A stretch of 61,543 nt of DNA, counting the filler, from Choristocarpus tenellus KU-1152 (Eukaryota; Protista; Phaeophyceae), in the NCBI GenBank assembly GCA_964200185.2. It is 10 parts of 10 records of this genome, joined end to end, with 100 filler letters (N's around TTAATTAATTAA, not from the genome) between each part and the next. Parts side by side here need not be neighbours in the genome. Positions count along the whole stretch, not along the records: positions 22,972 to 29,828 come from CAXNAD020007205.1; positions 29,929 to 32,738 come from CAXNAD020024563.1; positions 32,839 to 41,199 come from CAXNAD020004809.1; 7 more parts are not named here. One strand, written 5' to 3'. The translations under genes and the position numbers were made by a program. The notes below the pieces were generated by a model. That model saw only the letters and a list, made by a program, of their open reading frames with translations, was not told where the DNA came from and did no database searches. Every line of letters begins with the position of its first letter. Position 1 is the stretch's first letter. This document shows, one piece after another, positions 25,176-37,860 of the stretch.

Positions 25176-27337
25176 CTATTGGTCGTCATGGTACAACGCC
25201 TTGTAGACATCAGGTAGGTAGTCACTTTCTGCTGCGCTGGCCACCTCGACCACAGACATACTAAGTTCCGCCCCATCCGAGTCCTCAACTTCCAACAGCC
25301 CGGAGGGGCTGTCGAAGTCAGTGAGAAATATCCTCACCTGTCCATTGACAGGAGTCGGGCTCGAGACAGCTCCAGGGACCTGCAAGAATAACAGAAATGG
25401 AGGTCAGTCAAGCTTTTTCTCCATGTTACCTACCACAATAGATTTGGAACATCCTGTGGCTTGGACAGAGCCAGCCCGTGCATTATCAATGCTCAGCTAG
25501 ATTACATCCCTATCTGGTTCTATTCTGCTTTCCGTGTTCATGCATCTATCCATGTTTTCAAGGAAAGAAAGGGCAGACACTTGGAAGCAATAAAATTGCC
25601 TTCTGAATGGCAAGGATGGAGGTATTCAGCAATCATGTTGGCTGAATAAAAACCGACCTCATGCACATCTTTTGAAGTACGAAGCAAGACATGGCAGAAT
25701 GTCTTCTGTGGTGAGTTGAGCTTAGCGATTTTAAGCACCTACCTGAGCCACAAGGAAATGGAACCCCTCTCCAATCTCTACTCCTTCGGGTGGGTCTGCC
25801 AGAGCACCCACAATGGCTGTGCGAGATTGTGGGAGGTCAAACAGCAATGGTGTGAATGGCAAGGATATTGGGAAATATGATCCAACTCCTTACAATCATT
25901 GGAAAGTGTGCAGGAGTAGCTCCTCAACAGAATCATGGTATCAACGACTGTCCAAACCACTATGCAAAATACTGTACAGTTTGAAGTGGTACTTGAATGC
26001 AGTGGGCATAACGCTTAAGTGAACGCTCTTTAGTGGTGCATGTGATCCCAAATAAGGTGATATTATATGCACTCATCCACCTGTAATGGCATCCGCAATC
26101 CCTCGCTTCTCTTCTATGGCGTACCACATGCTGCTTCCCACACCTTCCTTCACATTACGACTTGCGTACATCGAGAGGGTCAATTGTCCCCCCAAAGTGC
26201 CCCCAATATGCTGCCAGCTGTGGGCCACCGGAAAGCTATTCATACCCCTGTTGCGCCAACTATGCCCACCTTTCGACACGGAAACGTCCATTGCAGGCAT
26301 GAGGTACCTGAGGTGAAAAGAGAGGCACATCCTCGGTTGCTTAAAGTTATCTTTTCAATTAAAATGATCTATACTAGTTGCCGTAGCATATCTCATGGCT
26401 GGATCGGCTCTCTCCTTGAGCTAAGATGCATGAGACAACAGGATCACGGCTGTCTCCTAAGGGCGACTTAGGGAGCCAGAGGTTTAGAGGGTTGTTAAGC
26501 GTGATGGTTAGATGCAAGCCAAAGGCAGTTTTCCTGCATCAAAGGAGGTGGTGATATTTTTGGTTTTAATGTACCTTATGGTGCAGATGGTGTGCGAGAA
26601 TATCGAGAAACTGGGCTTCAGGGTGGGGAAGATCGGCAAACAATTGTGACGTGTTGCCATCTGTCACCAATAGTAAAAATATGCATACCTGGGGTTCCCA
26701 TCTTTGATGAGCATGCCGAGGCTGAGCGTCATTTGTGGCGTTGGACTACCAGAGGGAATCCACAGTTCGTTGAAGCTGTGAATGAGGCGAATCGGGAAAA
26801 ATGAGAGGGCGATGGCATTTGCGGGGGCATCGGACTTTTCCCTGCGATCAACAATTCAAATGTAAACATTGAATAAGGTCATTGTAGGGTAATTCCCAGT
26901 ACCACAAGAACACGTATGGCTGAAGGGGCACCTGAGTGGATCTACCCAACCGACTTGGTCGTTACTTTGAGGAACGCCTGTTAGTGTTTTCTGACCCTTT
27001 TCCGTTTCCCCCACAATCCACATCGGAAATCGCTGGACTGAGGCTATGGGAAGCATCTCTGAGCGTGAACCCTGCAGGGAGACAGGAACACGAACGTTAG
27101 GACGAGGGTATACGTACGACCAGATCTATTGAGGGTGAACGTACGGAGCAATTTACCGTGCGTTCATGTTGCGGAGGATCAATGGGCCACAGTTACCCAA
27201 CTCACCCCTGCGATACTAACAAACTTGCGGTCGCTAGCATTATCCTGCTGGGTGAGACCTTTCAATGGCTGCGCAAACGGGCTAGAACCGGGGAGCAGTA
27301 CAAGGAACAGTAGAGGAGTCGATATTTTCATTGACAT
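25176..27337 (-). CDS. Plastid-targeted protein of unknown function, 6 exons, 287 aa
   Basis: Exons 27337-27206, 27071-26932, 26775-26689, 26307-26081, 25816-25743 and 25379-25176 join in frame (864 nt). Signal peptide MSMKISTPLLFLVLLPGSSP followed by FAQP (ASAFAP-like). Body includes WVDPLSFNELWIP, KDGNPRYLMPAMD, WRNRGMNSFPVA and ESDYLPDVYKALY. Confidence 0.8.
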
Positions 27338-27632
27338 GTTAGGAAGAACTCCCTGCTAAGTGCAAGACAGAGCAAACTTGAAGGTGATTTCAAGTTAGAG
27401 TGGGTGTATTTTGAACTGGGTTTTAACAACAAAGGAAGCGTGTTTTCGATCAACCAACCTCTTTACCCCAAACCATCATCCAACAATTCTCCAAATTTAC
27501 CACGTACTCCCTATCTAACAACACTCCAGCCCTATATAGTCTTATTCATACAGCTCTGAAACGGGGGTGAGAAAAAACGTAGGATTGAAGGACGGGAAAT
27601 ACAAGGAGTCTGCAGGTCTGCATGTTTGGGCT

Positions 27633-29384
27633 ATGAAAACTTCAACATTGTCAAACTTGATCAAGTTGTTCGCCTTGCGGGCTTCCGCCCACGGTATCCT
27701 ACAAAAAGCCACGTCGGGTGCTCGGTAAGAATCCGAACTATACTTCATACGTCTTCTCATCTCTGCCAGTTGGTTGATGTGAGTTGCATGACGTTTGTTG
27801 CACGGATTCGATCTTCCCTTCGACTGTGTTCCTCACTAGGAACTTAAGCATGGCCAACCCCTCACTGACGGATGGGGGTTTGCCCTTCAGTACATCACTC
27901 CTCACAGCCTCCAACTCAGCGGCATTAGATGCGGAACTTATGTCGACGCCAGGATTCTCTGTGGACCAGGTAAGGTACTTGGCATTTTGGTTTGATATAA
28001 GAAGAATCCTTTCTTGCCACCACCAAAGTTTTGAAAAGATCATCTGAAGGGAAGGAGTCCAACATCTCAGGTGAATAGCTAAGACCACCTCTGCCCATAT
28101 GTTCTTGCCTCCACAATGCCACCTTCCCTCCATTTCGATGACTTCCATACCTGTTGCCACTACACACCCCTTCAATCAGCTCATGGAGCTTGCTGGACTC
28201 AGTGTTGCCTGTGCAATCGCAAAAGTTTACCCTCCCCCGGGCCGAGTTCTGGTCGTGGCCGGCCCAGGAAACAATGGAGGTGAGCTAGTACAAAGCCCGG
28301 AATGCCTTAAACTGCCGCAGTACTTCATCGCGGTGGCAGGGCACAGGAGTGAGACACTTCGACATGGATATGACCACAATGTTGCCGCCTGTCACAGTCG
28401 TTTCGCACGTTGTCATCCAGGAGATCATGGCCAAAACTAACCACTATCCACAACCTTTCCGTTCCTGATGCCCTTTGTGGTGTCTCTAGGCGACGGCCTT
28501 GTAGCAGCTCGGCATCTCTGGCACTTCGGATACCGACCAGACTGTCTATACCCAAAACCAACGCAAAAGCTGCTCTACACGAACTTAGTGACTCAGTGCA
28601 CGGACCTGGGTATCCCATTTCTACCCGCAATGCCATCCCCTGAGGGCCTAGGTGAGTTTTGTTGCATCCTCATGCTCATGAGGGTCACATAATCTACAGG
28701 CCGTTTCTGCTATCGGTAATCGTGGTGTCTAGGTGAATGGATTGGTGTGTCCTTTTTACCCTACTGCTGCAGCAAGCCTTGACAACATCCTTCGGGTTTT
28801 GCATAGTCTTAGGATAAGAGTTCAAAGACAGCATACATGAAGTACCATACGTGTCAAACTGCAGCCTGGCTATAGAGTTTTGGTAAAAGGTCCAAAGAGC
28901 AGATATAGCCTGTTTTGTCCAATTGCAAACATGCGTTTAAGGGCAGATCAGCTGTGCAGAGTGATCTGTAACTATGATATGGACCCTAAATAGAAGTGCA
29001 AGTGCCTTCCTGTTTTATATGTCAAGCATGACAAACTATACAATCCTGTGATCTGGAAGGTGTACTTGTATGGGATACACATGAGCACTAACTATCAGTT
29101 CTCCACTTCTGAACAGTGCTCATAAATAAGGCTTTTTCAAAGTTTACAAAGCACACGTGGGTAACCATACCCCCCGGCCCCCTGTTCACACACCTTCCCC
29201 TTCAATGTCCTTCCGTGACTTACGGGGACTACCTTCGATACAAGGTGAGTATGATTTGATTATCGATGCTATCTTTGGGTTCAGTTTTTCAGGGACACCC
29301 CGGCCACCATTCGACACAATTCTGCACGATCTCCAAAGGTCAACTGCTCCCATCGCTTCAGTGGATGTGCCATCAGGATGGTCG
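27633..29384 (+). CDS. NAXE: NAD(P)H-hydrate epimerase (YjeF_N family), 3'-partial
   Basis: Exons 27633-27724, 27840-27969, 28180-28279, 28490-28651 and 29245-29384. Motifs [51 protein letters not shown] and SVDVPSGW. The final exon(s) lie beyond the contig end. Confidence 0.93.
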
Positions 29385-29693
29385 GTGAGTGCCTCATACA
29401 GTCTCAGCAGCTCTGCTGATGTATCTCTCTCTTGGAGAGTTTCAGGTGCACATGACACCTCAATCCCATCAACCTCGTGGTACTGACCTTTGTCCCATGA
29501 TGTGTCCTGGTTACTTCAGTCGTAATTGCGATGTCAAGCAATGAGACACAACTGTTCCACCGGGGGAGAGAGTTGTGGATTTCTTGCAGAGATCACACGG
29601 TTAGTGGGGCGATGACTCTCATATTATGCTGGGTAGGTTCCCAGCTTCTGATTTTGTCGACATTGAGGTGCCACTGTTCCACCAGGTCGGACA

Positions 29694-29828
29694 GTGGTGG
29701 AATAACACCTGTTGTGGTGGAATAACACCTGTTGTGGTGGAATAACACCTGTTGTGGTGGAATAACACCTGTTGTGGTGGAATAACACCTGTTGTGGTGA
29801 ATTAACACCTGTTGTGATGGAATAACAC
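29694..29828. repeat. 20-bp minisatellite (GTGGTGGAATAACACCTGTT)n
   Basis: About 6.7 head-to-tail units running into the contig end, with no spacers. Confidence 0.92.
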
Positions 29829-29928
29829 NNNNNNNNNNNNNNNNNNNNNNNNNNNNNNNNNNNNNNNNNNNNTTAATTAATTAANNNNNNNNNNNNNNNN
29901 NNNNNNNNNNNNNNNNNNNNNNNNNNNN

Positions 29929-30420
29929 GCGCGTATACTGCTCGCGCCAGTCAAAGCGTGGGAAGAAATACTCGCGTTACTCGCCTGTAACAGCAGCTAT
30001 CCTGAGAATAATCTGCCTTAAAAGTGATATTACAGCTCTCGTTTTGCTGAGACCGCCTGTCTCCTTACCTCCTTTAAGATGATTCGCTATTGCTCATCCA
30101 GAAACAGCTGTGCCTGTGTCCCAAGACGCCCAAAGCTTTCTACGGCGAAGGTGCTGAGGTTAGAACTACTAGGGCCAAAAGATCCCTCATAGTTGTCACG
30201 CTTACGGGCCTTTGCTGCAGCAGCGGTGAGTTCGTTTCTTTTTTGATGAGGGGAAGAGGTGGAAGTCCGCTTGTAGTTCACAAAGGTCATATCAACGAGT
30301 AGGTCCCTTTTCCTTGTAGGGGTATGTAACTGTACTGGAGAGAGGAAGACGACCACATCCACTGAGAAAAAGTAGTTGATGGTGAAGAGGCTCTCGTCAT
30401 CCCAGGTGCCGAGGACACCA
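29929..30420 (-). mobile_element. C-terminal restriction-like endonuclease remnant of an RLE (CRE/R2-like) non-LTR retrotransposon
   Basis: LLVDMTFVN...AAAAKARKRDNYEGSF...FAVESFGRLGTQAQLFL fits the D..K..Y..E.GR pattern of RLE domains. Confidence 0.65.
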
Positions 30421-31110
30421 ATTTCCCTTCAGATACTATCTATCCAGTTCCTCGTCCAACGTACATCAATTTGTGTCATTTTTTTTTTATTTTCCAAATT
30501 GTTGATTTCAATAAGAACAGGAATTTCGAACTCAAAATAATGGAACAATTTCAATTTATCTACAAATTATCCACTATTTATCACTGTTGAACTTTAGAAT
30601 AAATAGTTGTTTTATCAAGACAGAGATTGAGTGGCTTTTCCCCGAATACATCTAGAAAGTGTCAATGGTCACAATAATAGAATAGAGCCGATATAGTTTT
30701 CAATCGGAGATATATATATATATATTTGCACAGTGGATGAATGCGAGTGGTTCATAGGTTATACTTTGCTCCGATTTTTTCCTCCGCATTTTTTTTCATT
30801 CCAAGATAAGATTTGAAGATGAAGATAAGGTGGAACTGTGGATGTTCAAGTATTCGGTAATTAAAAACGTTCTGGTAGGTAAGGACGTGACGCACACATT
30901 GTAACTGGTAACTACTACTACTACTACTCTGTGTTTCCAAAGTTCCTATCTCAAGTTCCACAAGCACAGAACCACAGAAGTCTGTCCTTGGTGCAAGCCA
31001 TTTTCTTAGCAAGGAAGCACCAACTAGTTCCTCGAGAGTAGAGTAGGGTAGTGTGGAAACCCAAAGAGTTGATATTTCGCCTGGCGAGATACTTCGCTCT
31101 GTGGTAGGGC

Positions 31111-32611
31111 ATGAGGTATGTTTGTACACTCGTGATGGCGGCATATTTAACCGGCCTTGCCGCTGGATTTAAGACCTTAACTGCTTGTCCTGCAGACTCC
31201 TTGAAACCAACTTACCGATGGTTGATGGCGGGGACACGGATGTATGTGGAGGGGGGTGGATGCGTGACACTGCCCGAGATTTTTGCTGGAGCTCCTAATC
31301 CACCCATAGTTCCTTACTCCGCGGATGGGTTAGAGGACACAGTAGACACGGGTACAGGGTGAGTCATAATGTGCCGAGTGATGTGCGCCTTGTCCAGGAT
31401 CTCAGGTTCGATTGTGCGTTTTCTTCTTTTCTGGCGATGGATCACATGTCCTGTATTACATTTCAGTATACAGATCGTACTGTCATTAGGGGGACCATAT
31501 TATGATGCTAGTGCCACGGGCCATTGTGGATGCCCTGCCGTAGAAAATGAAGTGGATAGAAAAGGCAACCATTGATATGGAGCTGGTTTTACAACCCCCC
31601 TGCCATAGTTGTTTTTTCATATACGAATGGTTGTAGAGCAGTCGTGGAAACGCCGCGAATAGATCGTAATCTGCTCAATATAGTAGAACATTCTTTATTG
31701 GTCACTTATCTTGGATAATGTGGGTCAGATCCTGCCGTAGATGTAGACATTCGAGGAGAAGAAATGTAGTTCATCACCTTGCTAATTCAAACTGTCTCAG
31801 ACTGTACGCAATTTCGTGTCAGGGAAGGCAATTGCAAAGCCCTTCCCCCCAAGAGTCAACATGGTTTTAGCAGTCTGCCCTGGAGCAGTGTCATTATTAG
31901 TATTATTGACTTGTCCTATTCATCTCCCCATCCTCAAATTTCGCCCTTCTGATGAGCTTCGTCTACCCCTGACTGTGTGTTGACCTTGGGTGATGTCTGC
32001 ATTCGAAGAATTTGGCTTCTCACGCATACTCTTTACATTGAGAGCGGGGTGACCCTACTTCTTCATGATGACCAAGGCTGTAAGGTATCGATGATTTTCC
32101 CCATTCATCTCAACATCTTAGTCTCTTGAACATCTGCTCCCTTGTATTTTGGTTGGGATAATCGATTCCTCCTACATGTTGGAAGCGCCATTCCTATTTG
32201 TTCCCCTTTGCTTCCTGGTTCTCTTCAAGTAATAGATAAAAAAGAATTTCCACAGCCTGTAAGGTCCTTTGAAGTTGCTTGACTTGCAGGGGCAGTGCCA
32301 AGAGGCAAAAATCCTACAAGGTAAAACCTTGATGGTGAGGTGATGGTATGTATGACTTTGGCGTGTTTGACTTTCAACAGGCACAAGGAGGGATTATTTC
32401 CCAGCTATATATATATATATTTATTGCTTTTATATCATTCCTTTCCCCGAAATACGCCCCCACTATACCCCATTCCCCGCCCCCCAACCCACCACAATCT
32501 CTCTGTTCCCACTTGTCATTTGCTGTGTAGGAGCTGCGGTTGGCCAATAATGGAAAAAATGTGATCCAGCTGAGGGCACATGGGGCGTACCTGTCACTTT
32601 TGCGAACAAAG
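31111..32611 (+). CDS. Mannuronan C5-epimerase (alginate-modifying), first three exons, 3'-partial
   Basis: Exons 31111-31358, 32009-32084 and 32531-32611 join in phase. Signal peptide, then RMYVEGGGCVTLPEIF...TGIWLLTHTLYIESGVTL...CKELRLANNGKNVIQLRAHGAYLSLLRTK, matching the N-terminus of the brown algal ManC5-E catalytic region. Confidence 0.8.
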
Positions 32612-33585
32612 GTTCGCTCACCACACTTTGATTTGGTTTGGGATGGAACTCAAGTACATCGAGGAGGTGTAGAGGTGGTGTAGAGGGGGGCAGATGTGTA
32701 TTTCTGGCCCCGCGGTCACTGTGTTGTTGTAGTCCCCCNNNNNNNNNNNNNNNNNNNNNNNNNNNNNNNNNNNNNNNNNNNNTTAATTAATTAANNNNNN
32801 NNNNNNNNNNNNNNNNNNNNNNNNNNNNNNNNNNNNNNGAAGTTGTTTTGCATGAAGATTCTAAAATTGGAACTGTCTATTAAGTTATCTGCATACGAAG
32901 GAACACCCCCCCAAGTCCCTTCACTCAGGTAACTAGTTCTAATGACGCACCATGACCGCTTGATTTCTGACAGAAGAACCTCTCTGTCGGCCTCCTTTTT
33001 TCATCCTTGCTTCATGCTGTCCTTCAATGTATGATAAATAGAGTGGAGGACATACACACAAGAATTCAAGTGCATGACCAAGTAGCATTAACTATGCATA
33101 CCAAATTGTGCTGCTAAAACGAATCACTCCCACCATCACACACACATGATTGTCCGTCCATACCATATGAAAATGTAGTATTTCATCATTTATTGTTTAA
33201 TATTTTTTTCTGTCCCTCCAATACAATTAAGTAATCAAACGTGCGTTGATTGCGTTCATTTTTCGATGTTTGGGGCACCTTATTTTCGTGTGGTAGGACT
33301 GATGGCAAACTTCACTATTTATCGCTCCTCTTCATCGGAGAAGTCGTCTGTACGTTGGTGCGTTTTTTGTCCCTATGTAGTACAAGAAACAACATTTAGT
33401 ACAAGAAACAACATACACATATTATGTAGTATGTAGTACGAGAAACATACATATATTAGTGAGGTCATCACATGTAAGAAGAGTAGCACGGAGGTCATGC
33501 CCGCGGATCGCGAGAATGATATTTTGCGCGATAGGTTGCTTATGTACAATAGGGATACAGCGCATCGATCAGGAAACCTAGGAAG

Positions 33586-34303
33586 ATGCTCGTGTGGCGA
33601 ACACTGCTGGCGGCAAAGAATGTGGGGGTTTCCAGGCCATTAATGTCCTGGAGAGATGTACTGCGAGACTTCGTTGGCACTCTGCCACGATGGCAGCGAG
33701 ATTCACCTAGTCTGATGCCTTCTCTGGCTACTGGGGGTATGGATGCTCTTAGTGGATGGGAACCTTTTGGTGCGCTTTGGTTTGCGGTTCCAAAGAAACG
33801 GGTGAGAGCACTGGCAAGGAACATCCCCTCAAAACCAGGAATATGATCGTGGCCATTGCTAAATTGGCGAGACATTGCGAGAATCGATCATCATTCTTCT
33901 ACTTTGAGAAGCACCAGCCACACCTTGTCTTTCCAGTCGTCTGATCCGAGGACCCTGCGTGCATGTGCTCTTTGTATGGAGTTTTTCGAACGAAAACAAT
34001 ACTTTCAACACCAGACAAACTGTAATGATCCTGAGCAATAGTTGGTGGACAAAGCAACCCATACCATATCCTAACATTTGCAATACAATCTTGATGCCCC
34101 CCCACCTTCGGCTTTCCTGTTTTCAGACCACTAGTGGAAGAAAGCGGATGCGGACAGCGGATCGTACACCCAAGAGGATAACAAATTATTATATATGTGA
34201 CAAATGTGGTATGCCGAAACTTATGCACAAATTCTGCGACAACATCGAAATGTGTGCGGCTGATCACAGGAGAAAGAAACCAGCTGCAGGGAAACAAACA
34301 TGA
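33586..34303 (+). CDS. MRPL32: Mitochondrial ribosomal protein bL32m, 2 exons, 130 aa
   Basis: Exons 33586-33801 and 34127-34303. Long presequence, then WFAVPKKRTTSGRKRMR and the CDKC...HKFC zinc motif. Confidence 0.9.
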
Positions 34304-37300
34304 GATGGCGACAACAGCTGCTGAATATTTTCTGGAGAGTTTCGGATGCGCTGTGGGTATTTGCACGAGATGGGCCTCCTGATTATGACCATGTTCACAC
34401 AATAATAACAATCCTAATGTTGACTTTGAATTTCCCCCCCATATTGTGTTGCATGACCTGCCATTGTAGGTACTCCCTTGTTGTTCCAGTAATTGTCAGT
34501 TGCAGAAGTAGTATGGATATGTATGGTCATAGTGAGAGATAGAAGTGAAGTTGTGCGTGTACTTAGCCTGAGTCCGATAGGTTATCAAGGTCCCCTGTGC
34601 TTAAAACAGACCAAAACCAATCCGACGTACGAAACTCTGAACCGAGATAGACACGAGGTGCTAAATGAAGCGCATCTGCCACTTCTGTAAAATCTTTGAA
34701 TCCAAACAGTATGCACACAGATAACTCAGGGGCAGGAGTATAGAAGTCATCTGCATTGTTCAAGTGGCAGCATGCTTCTCTTCCCCTTCCAAGTTTTTAC
34801 TTTCCAAGTTTGGAAATATTTTCGATGCGTTTTCTGTTCTGTTAGGTAGACTGGATAGGACCCTTGAATTTGCACTTTAATTTGTGTGGTGCTGATTCGT
34901 TCCCAAGTAAGACTGAACCTAATATTTAGCCTCTTCCTCCAGCACAGCATGCTCAGGGTATGGGCCATATGATAAGTTCTCTTTGCTGTTGATGGATGAA
35001 GATGGAGGAATAGTGGTTTGGTTGTGTGTGGTTGTGGTTCTTTGGCTGATCCTAATCTTGCCTTGGACAATTCTTTTGTGAGACAATTCACAGCGGCGCT
35101 CATGACCCCTCCTCCATATGAGTGGTACCACTGAAACTAATTATTCGTTTCATTGGAGTTCTTGTTAGTGGTTAAATTCTTTGCCCTTCCTTGCAAAATG
35201 TGTGTCTAGATTGCAGATGGAACAGGATTCAATGCAATGACAAAAAAGTGCCGATTGTATGCCATTGACCCTATATAGAGAGGAATGGAGAGGAATGGCA
35301 AGATGCACAGAGAGCATTTGGATTGATTGTGTGGGGGTGGAGAGGGGGAGTGCAGTGTAGTCTTTGGAGGTCTGAGAATCACCTAGGCAATGCATAAATG
35401 CAATTCATAGATCGTGTTGCATGCATGCACAAGCAGGTTTTGCAAGATCCTTGTATCATTGTCTGTATCATTGTCTGTGAATGATCCACTAAGATAAATT
35501 GATAGTGTGGACTTGGTGTAGTCCACTCAACTTCATGAATGTAAAAGCAGTTAGCCCTAGCGCTGACACTCTAATGGGCTTTGTATCTGTCTCCATGGAT
35601 TGGAAGTTCGGAATATCTGCAACCACCTCCCTCGAATCCTATCTGGTGTTAAGAGGATGAGATTCCCTTCTGTCACAGTGCCCTCTCCTGTGATGAAAGT
35701 CACATTAGAGGCAACAATTTTTTGTCTTTTTGTGGGGAGTTCAAAACAAGCAACAGCACAGCAAGTGACTTGTCTCCACATGCGTATCGATCCTGGCACG
35801 CTGATTGTTTCTAAGGGATTTTGCAACAACAGTTTATCATGTGCAGTCTCATATAAAAAATTCTTTCTTAGACTGCCTAGTTCCTACTCCCCCCTCCCTG
35901 AATCAGGTGACCAGAAGTACTGCTTGGGGCATGGATCGATACACATTTAATCCACAATATTTGAGAGAAGAAAATGCTCCTTTGTATATTTTTATGTTTC
36001 TATATTTGTGTAAAATATTTAATTCTTTTTCAGAGGTGGGAGGAGTCTACCTTCAAAGTTACAGTCACTCTCCTCAAAGTGCTGTTGATAAAGAGCTCAA
36101 AAATCCTAAGTTTGGTGTATGGTGTTTGTTCCCTGATGAAATGAGATGCTTGGGTATTTGCTTGTGTGGTGTTCATTGTGAATCAAAGCCTAGGTGTAGC
36201 CTTTACTGTTCCCAATATTTGCACATGATGTATGATGTATGATGTAACGAAGGAGAGTTTTGTTAGCAATTTTTACAGTTGTATTTATATTTATTTTTTG
36301 ATAAACACACACACAAATATGAGCGATAGAGAGTTATCCCAAACATGCTGTTGAGACTGGCTAGCTGGGCTGTTGATTGTGTGTATGCAACAATTTGTAA
36401 TGATTAGGTCAACTACAGCATTTCCAGAATGGAAAGACCTTAAGGTCCTTATTTTCATTTTCCCCCTCCTTTTTGCAGTTGCTTCTAATGGCTGACTGGG
36501 CTTATACAGGGTAGTTTAGAACAAATTTATTTTTGGCAAGTGGCAAGAACAGTGTGCGTGGTCAGAGATAAGTGAAGTGATTCTTGTGCTTGTGGTGACC
36601 ACAGCAAAGCATAATGAGAGACCTATGAAATGACACTAGGAAGAAATTGTTGAGTGGAAGGAAAATCACCTCAAGTGGGAGCAAAAAGGATCCCTCAGAA
36701 GCTCAGACAAAAGAGAGATAATCTGTACTCGTCAGTTACCATGTCAAGAACAGGATTACCTATTGAGTGTTTTTTTATCCAAGTTGAGAGGAAGAAGGTG
36801 ACAGCTATAACTAATGAAGACTCCACCTAATGAAGACATGGTTATACAGTGGACTTACGACTTGGCCTCACATTTATCCCTGAAATACCCGAAATGTGTC
36901 CCCATGCCCCCCATTGAAGCTTAATGCTCTATTAATGGGAAGCAGGGGTTACAGCGCCTGTGATAGGAGGTCCTTCTGAGCTGTAACTGGCCAATGACTG
37001 TGCACAAATCCCAAAGGCAGACATGGTGACCTTTCCCAACTACTAATAGTAGCTATGGTGCTCCAGCAGCACAAGGAGGGAGAGGTGGTGCCTACACCTA
37101 GACACTTAAGTGTTTACCATAATTAGTGGACAATACAAAAAAGCATTTGGAGACATCATGGAAATATGTGCCAAAATGATGGGACCGTTACTTATAGCTC
37201 GTGTGATAAGGGAAGGAGTGTCTGACAAAAGCAGAACTATCCGCAGAGCTTCACTTCCGGCAAGAGTGCAGCTATCCTATCATCAACAGCGCTGTTTGTA

Positions 37301-37350
37301 GTATTAACAAATAGTTCATTTGACTTAGAAGTACTATTGCGGAGGCTTCT

Positions 37351-37618
37351 GAGCCAAACCAATCGAGAGGTAGGCAGGTTTGGACCCTCTTGCATTTAAA
37401 GTAATCATTCTTACCCTGTGCAATACACTATCTTATTTTATTTCATTTCCTTATGTGTAAAATAGTGTGTGTAAAGTTGATGTTCCCCTTTCCACAAACA
37501 CCAAGCGACACTGCAATTCAGCAAAGACTCTTTCTGCAATAATATCGAATGACATTTTTTTGCCCTTTCTTGGGATCCTTAAAATGTAACCTTGCCTACC
37601 TCTTGCTTGGTTCGACTC
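37351..37618. mobile_element. MITE family D, second copy
   Basis: GAGCCAAACCAATCGAGAGGTAGGC...GCCTACCTCTTGCTTGGTTCGACTC; collinear with 18851-19109. Confidence 0.7.
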
Positions 37619-37756
37619 TTGCTTCCTATGGTGTATGGTGCAGTATATTGTAGTCAGGTTTGGTGTCAAAATAGATGAGAAGGATGAGAATGGCAGACAA
37701 GTGATGTCATGGCAACACCACACAAACAGCAGCCACAAGACGTTATCGGGTGTGTC

Positions 37757-37860
37757 AAAATGTAGACTTTGGATGTGAAAATGTAGACTTTGGATATGAA
37801 AATGTAGACTTTGGATGTGAAAATGTAGACTTTGGATGTGAAAATGTAGACTTGGATGTG
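37757..37860. repeat. 21-bp minisatellite (AAAATGTAGACTTTGGATGTG)5
   Basis: Five near-identical tandem units. Confidence 0.92.

Noticed and set aside
27542-27760. Minus-strand 72-aa ORF
   Set aside because: Antisense shadow of NAXE exon 1.
29694-29828. CRISPR-like look of the 20-bp, 21-bp (37757) and 53655 repeat arrays
   Set aside because: Head-to-tail units without unique spacers, no cas genes, and eukaryotic context.
5192-32611. Apparent cell-wall gene cluster (Agd3-like deacetylase plus mannuronan C5-epimerase)
   Set aside because: The genes are on different contigs separated by four artificial linkers, so physical linkage cannot be inferred.
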